From contig JAHDNF010000002.1 of the NCBI GenBank assembly GCA_018435605.1, forward strand, positions 324,538 through 388,537: a stretch of 64,000 bases of DNA, written 5' to 3'. A program made the translations under genes and the position numbers. Origin of the DNA: a bacterium (GTDB lineage: Bacteria > Auribacterota > Auribacteria > Auribacterales > Auribacteraceae). A model generated the notes under the pieces. That model did no database searches, had not been told where the DNA came from, and saw nothing but the letters and a program-made list of their open reading frames with translations. Shown here piece by piece: positions 56,275 through 64,000 of this stretch; within the stretch, counting starts at the first letter, position 1, and the number at the start of each line of letters is the position of its first letter.

Positions 56275-59250
56275 TTACCGCGAAATTTTTTCTTTAAGCA
56301 GAATAATCTTCTGCTGAGCCATTTGGCTGTATTTTTCCTCACCTTTCCATTTTTCCAAAAATACGGAATAATTTTCGATGGCCTTATCGTATACCTCTGT
56401 ATATTCGTAAATTTTTGCCATCTCAAAATAAAGGAAAATAAAATCGGGGTTGAGACGAAGCGCTCTTTCATAACTTTCGAGTGCTTCCCTGTAATTGCCG
56501 GTTTTATGGTACGCTACACCCATATTGAAATGAGACTCCGGCTTATTGGGTTCAAGTTCAACGATATATTTAAAAGTTTCGAGCGCTTTTTGATTTTGAT
56601 CGGATTCCATATATATTTTACCCAGTATAGTATACAAAGCCGACGAACGCGGATACAATGCGATACCGCGTTCTATGAAAGCTGTCGCCTTGTCTATATA
56701 ATCCGCCGATTTGGTCTGCTGATACAATTGAATATACAGGTCGCCAATTCGCTGATATATACTGCGCAAATCGCTGTTTATACTTATCATCATCTCATAC
56801 TGATTTATTGCGTCCTGAATTTTGCCTTGTTTGAGATAAATATCAGCCAAATTGTTATATGCAGGCAGATACGCGCTGTTGACAGTAATCGCTTTTTTGA
56901 AGTGAACTATCGCTTCGTCTACCCTGCCCATATTCTTTAGTGCAGTACCTTTGTTATTGTGCGGATCGGGTAGCCGCGAATTCAGGTTGATACAAGTATC
57001 GAAATAGCCTATTGCCTGTTCATTCTGTCCTTTTTTCAGCATGGCAAGCCCTATATTGTTGTATACATCCGACAACGACGGATTGAACTCTATAGCCTTT
57101 TTGTAATACTCGATTGCCTCGTCGATTCTATCTTCAGCCAAACAAATATTAGCCAGATTGTTATACGCCTTTTCGTAATTAGGATCGATTTCAATAGCTT
57201 TGAGGTATTGCTTGCGAGCGGCCTCGTTATCACCCTTTTCTTTGTATCCGATACCGAGATTGTTATACGCTTCAGCAAAATCAGGAAAAAGATCCAGAGC
57301 ATGAAGATACATTTCTATCGCCTCGTCGATACGGTGTACGCCGCGTAGCGCATTGCCAAGATTGTTCATGCAGTTTATATAGTTCGGATGCAGTTCAAGA
57401 GCACGCTTGTTAACATCAACGGATTCATAATACTGCTGAAGTTCGTTCAAAGACCTCCCAAGCAACGAATATATCCTGAAATTATACGGATTAAGTTTCA
57501 CAGCGGTACGCAGGGGACGAAGGCTTTGTTCGAACATTTCGGATTTGTTAAGACGTTTGCCTTCGAGGAAAAAATAATCCGCCTTGCATAACCGATAACC
57601 CCATACAGTAGTAAACAAAAACCATAATACCGCCGCAAAAAGTGCGCAGGTTACCCATAAAGGTATCTTCTTAAAAACCTTTGCTTGCCGGTTTTCCTGA
57701 TGTACATACCCGAAAACAATCATGGATGAGACTATTGCGAGAAAAAAAGGAGGCAACCCTTCCTGCATAGGAAAACAGAATAGAGCGTCCATCATAATGG
57801 CAATGATAGCGGTAATCCCCGTAATGCCTATAAACGACCACTCGGCGTCATCCCTTTTGAACACCAGTATCCATGCCGTATGCAACATGCTACCCAAAAA
57901 CCACAGGAAAAGACCTAGCCCTACAATACCAAGTTCAGCGGCAAACTGCAGGTAATCATTATGAACACGTTTGGCTTGTCTTTCCTCGTTAAAATCGGTA
58001 TCGATTTTTCCTTTGCGCGCATATAGCGGATAATTGAACTGCCAGTTGTTCAGTCCTACGCCGAAAAAAGGATTGTGAGCAATCATGAGCAGTGTGTTTC
58101 GCCATGCAGTCAACCTCCAGTTAGCAGACCCTTTTTCCGTTTCCGCGATGGATTTCAACTCCTCGCGAAAATCAAGTTTCATAGGCTTGATCTTCGCTCC
58201 GGACTGTCCAAACCGAGGTAATATATAAACACTACACATCAACACGGTAAAACAAATCAAACCCGGCAAAACGAATCGTTTGAATTTTTCTATAATCACT
58301 GACCGGCTTATATCATGTAGCAAAGAAGGCCTGCACCGCATATACGACGATAATAATATCGAACCGGCTAACAACGCCGTAGTACTCGCCACCCATGCGC
58401 CGCGCTTGCGGGTAACAATCAGAAAAAATATCAGCAGAAAAAATACTGCCGCGCAAAGCGGGCCGGCTAGATTCTTGCGATAAACATAAGCGGTATAAGC
58501 GGCGAAAGGAACTGCTCCCACAACAAACTGAGCGGCAAAATTTTTGTTTCCGAAAAACGAACCCGGAACGGAAGCCTGATAAATAACGTCAAAATTCAGC
58601 CCGAAAAACTGAGCTATGCCCATTGCAGAGACACAAAAAGCGGCTACGGTAATTAATACGGATAAAATCCGAATATTTTTTATACCGCTGTACATCTGAA
58701 TCGGGACAATGCAGAATAACAACGCGCTAATCCATATAGTCAGATTTAAAGTAGCGGCATACGTATTTACAGCCCACAATAACGACATGCCCATCCATCC
58801 GACTAACAGAAACAAAGGCATTAACGGAAACTTAAAACATTGATAAAAAGCGATAGTTCGCGCGCGGATGGTTTCCAAGAGAAATAAGGCGGTCATAAGC
58901 GGAGCCAAGACAGCCAGCAACACCATCTTCGGCAGACTGTACATATCGTAAAGACCTGGCAGAAAAAAAAGAGGATTTAGAAGAATAGCCGTGCCGAGAC
59001 ATATAAAAAAAGCGCTCCTGAAAAAACTGATATTACGACTATCATTCACAGTCGACGGCAGTTTTCCGGCAGGAGTCTTTCCGGTCAAGACGCATTGCTG
59101 TCCTCCGTCACTGCGTACAGCAACGCCTATTTTTTTGAGAACACGCTCTACTTGTACAGGCGGCAACCCTGTATCGGCAGACAATTCCTTAACCGATTTA
59201 GATGCGGCAAATTTTTTAATATAGTTCAGTTTTTTGTTTGAAATGCCCAT
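56275..59250 (-). CDS. O-antigen ligase/Wzy-like polytopic membrane protein fused to a C-terminal TPR array, with short N-terminal HTH-like segment
   Basis: 991 aa. Central region has ~10 TM segments of O-antigen-ligase type. C-terminal ~400 aa are TPR repeats. The start ATG shares 1 nt with the flavodoxin stop (TAATG). Confidence 0.55.
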   Translation of the reverse strand: MGISNKKLNYIKKFAASKSVKELSADTGLPPVQVERVLKKIGVAVRSDGGQQCVLTGKTPAGKLPSTVNDSRNISFFRSAFFICLGTAILLNPLFFLPGLYDMYSLPKMVLLAVLAPLMTALFLLETIRARTIAFYQCFKFPLMPLFLLVGWMGMSLLWAVNTYAATLNLTIWISALLFCIVPIQMYSGIKNIRILSVLITVAAFCVSAMGIAQFFGLNFDVIYQASVPGSFFGNKNFAAQFVVGAVPFAAYTAYVYRKNLAGPLCAAVFFLLIFFLIVTRKRGAWVASTTALLAGSILLSSYMRCRPSLLHDISRSVIIEKFKRFVLPGLICFTVLMCSVYILPRFGQSGAKIKPMKLDFREELKSIAETEKGSANWRLTAWRNTLLMIAHNPFFGVGLNNWQFNYPLYARKGKIDTDFNEERQAKRVHNDYLQFAAELGIVGLGLFLWFLGSMLHTAWILVFKRDDAEWSFIGITGITAIIAIMMDALFCFPMQEGLPPFFLAIVSSMIVFGYVHQENRQAKVFKKIPLWVTCALFAAVLWFLFTTVWGYRLCKADYFFLEGKRLNKSEMFEQSLRPLRTAVKLNPYNFRIYSLLGRSLNELQQYYESVDVNKRALELHPNYINCMNNLGNALRGVHRIDEAIEMYLHALDLFPDFAEAYNNLGIGYKEKGDNEAARKQYLKAIEIDPNYEKAYNNLANICLAEDRIDEAIEYYKKAIEFNPSLSDVYNNIGLAMLKKGQNEQAIGYFDTCINLNSRLPDPHNNKGTALKNMGRVDEAIVHFKKAITVNSAYLPAYNNLADIYLKQGKIQDAINQYEMMISINSDLRSIYQRIGDLYIQLYQQTKSADYIDKATAFIERGIALYPRSSALYTILGKIYMESDQNQKALETFKYIVELEPNKPESHFNMGVAYHKTGNYREALESYERALRLNPDFIFLYFEMAKIYEYTEVYDKAIENYSVFLEKWKGEEKYSQMAQQKIILLKEKISR

Positions 59251-59726
59251 TATGGGTACAGCGTTTTAACGAGGTTTCCGAGTTTTGCCCCGTACTCGGT
59301 ACAAATTTGTTTGCAACGGGTATCGGGAGAATTTATCGCAACCGGTCCGTAATGGTCGCCGGTCGCAAGTCCTGTTACTATCATTCCATGAACAAGAAAT
59401 GCGTTGATCAATGCAAGGATAGTGGTTTCATTGCCGCCGGCGATATTTGCCGACGAAGCAAACGCGCCCCCCACCTTGCCGGCCAGCCGGCCGTGATACA
59501 CAACACTCTCGTCGAGAAATTGTTTTACCTGATATGCCGGGGCTCCGTAATAAGTCGGAGATCCTATAACAATTCCCTCGTAATCAAGCATCTTTTCCGC
59601 AGACGTCTCGCAAATATCCTTAACAACAGCCTCTACGCCTGCCTGTTGTATTCCGGACGCGATCATATCAGCCATTTTCTTAGTATTTTTTGATCTGGTG
59701 TAATACAAAACGAGTACCCGTGCCAC
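59250..59726 (-). CDS. Flavodoxin-like fold NAD(P)H-dependent FMN reductase family protein
   Basis: MARVLVLYYTRSKNTKKMADMIASG is a typical FMN-binding N-terminus. 158 aa. Confidence 0.6.
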   Translation of the reverse strand: MARVLVLYYTRSKNTKKMADMIASGIQQAGVEAVVKDICETSAEKMLDYEGIVIGSPTYYGAPAYQVKQFLDESVVYHGRLAGKVGGAFASSANIAGGNETTILALINAFLVHGMIVTGLATGDHYGPVAINSPDTRCKQICTEYGAKLGNLVKTLYP

Positions 59727-59760
59727 AGTTCACTCCATATTGCCGCATGCACGCACGTAC

Positions 59761-60039
59761 TTATTTTCGGACGACCTCTTTCATATGTTTTCCCTGTTTG
59801 AAAACAACTACCTTTTTTGCAGGGATATCGATCTTCTGCGTCGGCTGGTTGGGGTTGATTCCTGTGCGTGCATGTCGTTTCGTAACCTTGAAAACGCCAA
59901 AATTACGTAATTCAACCGCATCACCATTTTGCAACGCATCGATGATTAAATCAAAACTTTTTTGTATAATGGCATATACATTTTGTTGTGTCAACCCTGT
60001 TTCGTTTGCGATACGTACAACTAAATCACGTTTGGTCAT
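59761..60039 (-). CDS. HU/IHF family nucleoid-associated DNA-binding protein
   Basis: MTKRDLVVRIANETGL...RNFGVFKVTKRHARTGINPNQ...KKVVVFKQGK. Likely start is the internal ATG at 60039, not the track start at 60057. Confidence 0.85.
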   Translation of the reverse strand: MTKRDLVVRIANETGLTQQNVYAIIQKSFDLIIDALQNGDAVELRNFGVFKVTKRHARTGINPNQPTQKIDIPAKKVVVFKQGKHMKEVVRK

Positions 60040-60225
60040 AACTCCCCTCCTTAGCATTTAGTTTGATCCCCAGTGTAATCGTTTTTATTAGAATTTAAAC
60101 AATACTTCAATGAGGTAGACTATACAAAAACGTTAGTTATAATATAATTTTATCAAAATAAACAAAATAAATATTTTACTAATAATATTCAGGCGCTAAA
60201 AACAATTACGTTAACCGTTTTATTA

Positions 60226-61419
60226 TCAGATAGATTCAAAATCCTGTTTTTTTTTATTTTTTTTATTTTTAACTACACTTGCGCCCAAAGTTATAGACTT
60301 TTCCCCGAATCTACTGCGAATTTTATCCAGTGAAAAATAAAGTTTTTGAGTATTTATTAAGTCCGTTTCAAAGAGTTCCAACTGCCGTGAGACTTCGGAA
60401 AGATTGGATGCGGTAATTCCTATCAGACGCACCTTTTTATGAAGAGGAACCGCATCAAGAAGCTCACGGGCATAAGAATAGAGTATATGATCCTGATTCA
60501 CCGGAGTTTGGAATGAAATACTTCTAGTAATCGTTTCAAACGAATCGAAGCGTATTTTTAAAGTAACGCGCGAAGCGTACATAGAATTCCTCCGCAATCT
60601 AATTCCGACATCTTCGGACAATTGCGCAAGAACGGCTTGCAGGTACTCTGCGTCCTGCAGGTACTCTTGAAATGTCGTTTCTTTGCCTATGGATTTGGGC
60701 GGAGCTTCGTCGCATACTTCGCTGGAATCCTGCCCGCGTGAATAAAAATACAGCGAATCGCCGAGCGAACCGAACATTGCAACGAGTTGATCGCGTTCGT
60801 ATTTCTGCAACTGACCGACGGTTGTGATACCGCGGTCGTGTATAAACTGCACGGTTTTTTTACCGACTCCGAACAATTTTTCTACAGTAAGCGGTTTTAG
60901 AAAAACCAGTTCTTCTCCTGCAGGCACAACGGTAAGACCGTCCGGTTTTTGAGTATCCGAAGCGATTTTCGCCAAAAATTTATTGGGAGCAATACCTACA
61001 GATGCGGTAAGTAAAACTGCATCGTATATTGCCTTTTTGACAGCAACACCCGCATTATGTAATCCATCTCGAACGACCGGGCATCCTGTTATATCAAGGT
61101 AGGCTTCATCGATTGAGGCTATTTCAACAAGCGGGCTGAATGCTTGAAGCGTTGAAAATATTTTTGAAGAAACTTCCCTGTAAGTCTTACCGTCTACCGG
61201 CAAAAAAATACCTTTCGGACATAATGAGTAAGCTGTACTGATCGGCATGGCGGAATGCACGCCGTACTTTCTAGCTTCGTAACTGGCCGCCGACACAACG
61301 CCTCTACGCCCGGGCAAAGCTCCGACAATGACAGGTTTGCCGCGGTACTGGGGATATCGCAACTGCTCTACGGACGCGAAAAACGCATCCATATCCACAT
61401 GCATAATAATCCGTTTCAC
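60226..61419 (-). CDS. dinB: DNA polymerase IV (Y-family)
   Basis: N-terminal HVDMDAFFASVEQ. 397 aa. Confidence 0.9.
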   Translation of the reverse strand: MKRIIMHVDMDAFFASVEQLRYPQYRGKPVIVGALPGRRGVVSAASYEARKYGVHSAMPISTAYSLCPKGIFLPVDGKTYREVSSKIFSTLQAFSPLVEIASIDEAYLDITGCPVVRDGLHNAGVAVKKAIYDAVLLTASVGIAPNKFLAKIASDTQKPDGLTVVPAGEELVFLKPLTVEKLFGVGKKTVQFIHDRGITTVGQLQKYERDQLVAMFGSLGDSLYFYSRGQDSSEVCDEAPPKSIGKETTFQEYLQDAEYLQAVLAQLSEDVGIRLRRNSMYASRVTLKIRFDSFETITRSISFQTPVNQDHILYSYARELLDAVPLHKKVRLIGITASNLSEVSRQLELFETDLINTQKLYFSLDKIRSRFGEKSITLGASVVKNKKNKKKQDFESI

Positions 61420-61499
61420 AAGGACATGCCCTTTCGTCGGATGGCGGTTAGCCTTATATCATCTACCAGCGGCACATCGTAAAAACATCTCTCGCCGGA

Positions 61500-62387
61500 T
61501 CAAGTTACTTTGTGATGTTGCCACGTACAATAGGTGACAATCTTATAGGCAAGTCGGGCGGCATAAAATGAGGATGTATGATCATGGTCCTGCGGAGCCA
61601 GTTCCACTAAATCCGCCGCGATGACTTTTTTTCCGGATACAGCCAGTTTCTTGAGAAATGTTATTATTTCATGCCAAAGCAGTCCGCCCGGTTCGGGGGT
61701 ACCGGTAGCGCGAACCTCGCTTATATCTACCGCGTCGATATCAAATGTAATATACACTACATCGGACAGGCGGTTCAGCACCTCGTCCATCCATCCGCAG
61801 TCCGATCTGATATTGTGTGCATAAAAAATATTGAGGTCATGTTTATTGATCAAGTCGTATTCTTCTTTCGAGAAACTGCGTATACCGACCGAGCAGAATG
61901 GCACGCCCATTTCGAACACCCGCCGCATCACGCTGGCATGAGAACAAGTCAAACCTTCATAAGAATCGCGAAGGTCTGCGTGTGCGTCGAAATGTAGTAC
62001 AGATAATTGCGGTATCTGCGCGAATATTCCCTCGACGATTGGAGCTGTAATAGAATGTTCACCGCCAAGAAACAGGGCGAATTTATCGGCTTTGACAAGA
62101 TCTACAGCTTTTTGGCGCAATAGCCTGGCGACTGTGTCAAATCCGCCGCTGACGTCAATGGGGTCTTCGGTGAAAATGCCCATATTACACGGCTCGCAAG
62201 CCAGTTGCTCGTCGAAAAACTCGACCTGATGCGATGCTTCGATGATCGCATCAGGTCCATATTTCGTTCCACCGCCATAACTGGTGGTAGCTTCAAACGG
62301 TACAGGGACTACGACAACCCGCGAAGACTGAAAACGGGTAAGTTCGTCAGGTAACCCTAGAAATCCTGATAGTTCCTGTTCAATCAT
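61500..62387 (-). CDS. speB: Agmatinase (arginase/ureohydrolase family)
   Basis: HFDAHADLRD and DIDAVD metal-binding motifs. 295 aa. Confidence 0.8.
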   Translation of the reverse strand: MIEQELSGFLGLPDELTRFQSSRVVVVPVPFEATTSYGGGTKYGPDAIIEASHQVEFFDEQLACEPCNMGIFTEDPIDVSGGFDTVARLLRQKAVDLVKADKFALFLGGEHSITAPIVEGIFAQIPQLSVLHFDAHADLRDSYEGLTCSHASVMRRVFEMGVPFCSVGIRSFSKEEYDLINKHDLNIFYAHNIRSDCGWMDEVLNRLSDVVYITFDIDAVDISEVRATGTPEPGGLLWHEIITFLKKLAVSGKKVIAADLVELAPQDHDHTSSFYAARLAYKIVTYCTWQHHKVT

Positions 62388-62418
62388 AAAAATATCATTC
62401 CTTCACGCATATAAATCA

Positions 62419-63003
62419 TTACAGTATAAAAATAGCGGCGGCCATAACGGTTGTCCACAACCCGTCTTTGTGACCGCGTGCGGTTTGCGCTATATGTGTC
62501 GTTTGAATGATTTTACCGCTTGATATATATAGTTTTTTCCGTTCGTCCCATGCTTCGTTCGGATCGAAATCCACGCCCAGCGTTGAGGCAAGCATAGCGG
62601 CGGCAAGGTCTTCGGCATAGTCGCCGGTTACCTGATCGTTTTCTCCGAACGCATGATGTTCGGAAAGATAACCGTACTGTTTTTTATCTTTCGGGACAGC
62701 AAGACCGATTGATGCCGAGGTAAGGCGGTCGGGTTCGTTGGTGTCATTGCGTGCCATAACACAGAAAACGATTTCACCCGGTTTAAGCATTTTTAATCCT
62801 TCTTCGCGCTCAATTATCTCACACTGTGGCGGATAAATACTCGATACCGTCACTAGATTGCATTTTTCTATACCGGCTTCACGCAACGCTAGCTCAAAGC
62901 TACTAAGTTTTTCACGATGACAGCCAACTCCCTTGGTCAAAAACATATACTTTGGAACCATGCTAACCCTCCTATTCTGCTCAGGCGCTTTTTCTTTCTT
63001 CAT
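62419..63003 (-). CDS. pdaD: Pyruvoyl-dependent arginine decarboxylase
   Basis: FLTKGVG...VSSIYPP...AVPKDK blocks match the PdaD family. ~190 aa. The true start could be the internal MVPKYMF. Confidence 0.75.
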   Translation of the reverse strand: MKKEKAPEQNRRVSMVPKYMFLTKGVGCHREKLSSFELALREAGIEKCNLVTVSSIYPPQCEIIEREEGLKMLKPGEIVFCVMARNDTNEPDRLTSASIGLAVPKDKKQYGYLSEHHAFGENDQVTGDYAEDLAAAMLASTLGVDFDPNEAWDERKKLYISSGKIIQTTHIAQTARGHKDGLWTTVMAAAIFIL

Positions 63004-63157
63004 TTTCGTTTGTGTCCTCCTGTTCTACAATACTTTTGTTTTTCACAAAAAACGAATAGATACCATACTAAATTTTATCTTCCATGAAAACTGAAAAATT
63101 AATATAATTGAAAAATATACTAGATATTTATGCATTATATGTTAAGATTTTCGTTTC

Positions 63158-63946
63158 ATGTATGAAAACATTCGTCCGATGGAGGCTGTTATGAAAATTA
63201 TCATAGAAGATTTTAAAGCAATATTCCAACGCGACCCTGCCGCCCGCGGTTTTTGGGGAGTTTTGGAGGTATTATTAAGCTATTCAGGGTTTCACGCTAT
63301 CATAAGTCACAGGATATGCCATTTTCTGCACGCTAAATTGCATATTCCGTTGATACCTAGGTTGCTTTCTCAAATCGCCCGTTTTATTACCGGAATAGAA
63401 ATTCATCCCGGCGCGCAGATCGGAAGAGGATTTTTTATCGATCACGGCATGGGAGTAGTTATCGGGGAAACAACGATTATAGGCGATTACGTTACTCTTT
63501 ATCAGGGTGTTACACTTGGCGGAACAGGCAAGGAAACAGGAAAACGACATCCTACGCTTAAAAATCATATAGTGGTTGGAGCAGGCGCTAAAGTGCTTGG
63601 GAATATAGAGCTGGGCAACAACGTAAGGATAGGCGCCGGTTCGGTTGTAGTTAAATCCGTACCGGACAACTGCACTGTAGTCGGTGTGCCCGGTGTAATT
63701 GTACGGCGCGAGGGAGAGAAAGTACCGGAGCTCAGCCTCGACCATGCAAATCTGCCGAACCCCATAGCTATTCGGCTTGCCAATATACAGGCTGAGATTG
63801 AGTGTATCGAAGACCACTTGAAATGTTTCAATCAGGAATGTGAACTTCGAAAACTCAACAGTACTAAAATCAATGAGGCATTCGAAGAGACGCTCCGGCC
63901 TAAGCCTGAAAAACAGCGCATAGATACGTCAGACAAACAGGAATAG
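63158..63946 (+). CDS. cysE: Serine O-acetyltransferase
   Basis: N-terminal SAT domain ([18 protein letters not shown]). Hexapeptide-repeat C-terminal half ([26 protein letters not shown]). Confidence 0.85.
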   Translation: MYENIRPMEAVMKIIIEDFKAIFQRDPAARGFWGVLEVLLSYSGFHAIISHRICHFLHAKLHIPLIPRLLSQIARFITGIEIHPGAQIGRGFFIDHGMGVVIGETTIIGDYVTLYQGVTLGGTGKETGKRHPTLKNHIVVGAGAKVLGNIELGNNVRIGAGSVVVKSVPDNCTVVGVPGVIVRREGEKVPELSLDHANLPNPIAIRLANIQAEIECIEDHLKCFNQECELRKLNSTKINEAFEETLRPKPEKQRIDTSDKQE

Positions 63947-64000
63947 CGACTCATGCCCGAGAAACCTTATGAACAACACGATTCAGTCGGGTTGGTAAAA

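Noticed and set aside
59238-60061. Plus-strand ORFs 59238..59693 and 59690..60061
   Set aside because: Antisense to the flavodoxin-like and HU genes.
1-64000. Search for CRISPR arrays, transposases, integrases, toxin-antitoxin pairs or phage genes
   Set aside because: I found no short regularly spaced direct repeats, no DDE/tyrosine-recombinase-like ORFs, and no small adjacent TA-like pairs. The only large repeats are the in-frame coding repeats of the giant gene.
63952-64000. Partial + strand ORF starting MPEKPYEQHDSVGLV running off the window end
   Set aside because: Too short in-window to assign. It is probably the next gene after cysE but cannot be identified.

Overview
This 64-kb window reads as a Gram-negative-type bacterial genome of moderate GC (by eye). 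I saw no transposase, integrase or CRISPR.

The dominant feature is a single giant minus-strand ORF running from an SD-preceded ATG at ~25,391 down past position 1. That is at least 8,460 codons, with the C-terminus off-window. The ORF track lists no long minus-strand ORF here, which fits an unterminated frame. Spot translations at 25,391-23,400, ~20,100, ~18,570, ~16,000, ~9,300-9,600, ~2,400-2,560 and ~660-780 are all open in one frame.

The giant protein starts with a Sec-type signal peptide. It is modular:
- a unique N-terminal region
- two to three ~2.45-kb repeat units (B family, ~16.9-22.1 kb)
- three tandem ~3.19-kb (~1,060-aa) repeat units (A family, ~5.95-15.65 kb)
- a HAD-IIB-like phosphatase motif set (DFDGTL...ILTGR) at ~2,400-2,560
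- a duplicated acidic D-x-DLDFDLG motif at ~590-735

Downstream is a housekeeping block (lpxL-like acyltransferase, ACT protein, def, argC). Then comes a complete, tightly coupled Pel exopolysaccharide locus (29,300-44,057). It has three departures from the Pseudomonas pelA-G layout:
- PelA is split into a GH114 hydrolase ORF and a CE4 deacetylase ORF, each with its own signal peptide.
- A stand-alone CheY-like receiver with a GTG start sits between pelC and pelD.
- A 654-aa PBS-lyase/HEAT-repeat protein, with start and stop both overlapping its neighbours, sits between pelE and pelF.

The rest of the window is ordinary. It includes a DsrE-like protein, a SAM methyltransferase, tRNA-Ser(GGA), trpD, a thioesterase, a large secreted TPR protein, an ASKHA ATPase plus partner, a B12-radical-SAM fusion plus a small radical SAM, pepA, an O-antigen-ligase/TPR fusion, a flavodoxin-like protein, HU, dinB, the speB/pdaD polyamine pair, and cysE.

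Coordinate caveat: the ORF-track translations around 396-848 imply a 1-nt offset relative to my reading of the printed sequence near position 540. Positions I derived by hand may be off by +/-1; track coordinates are used for CDS.
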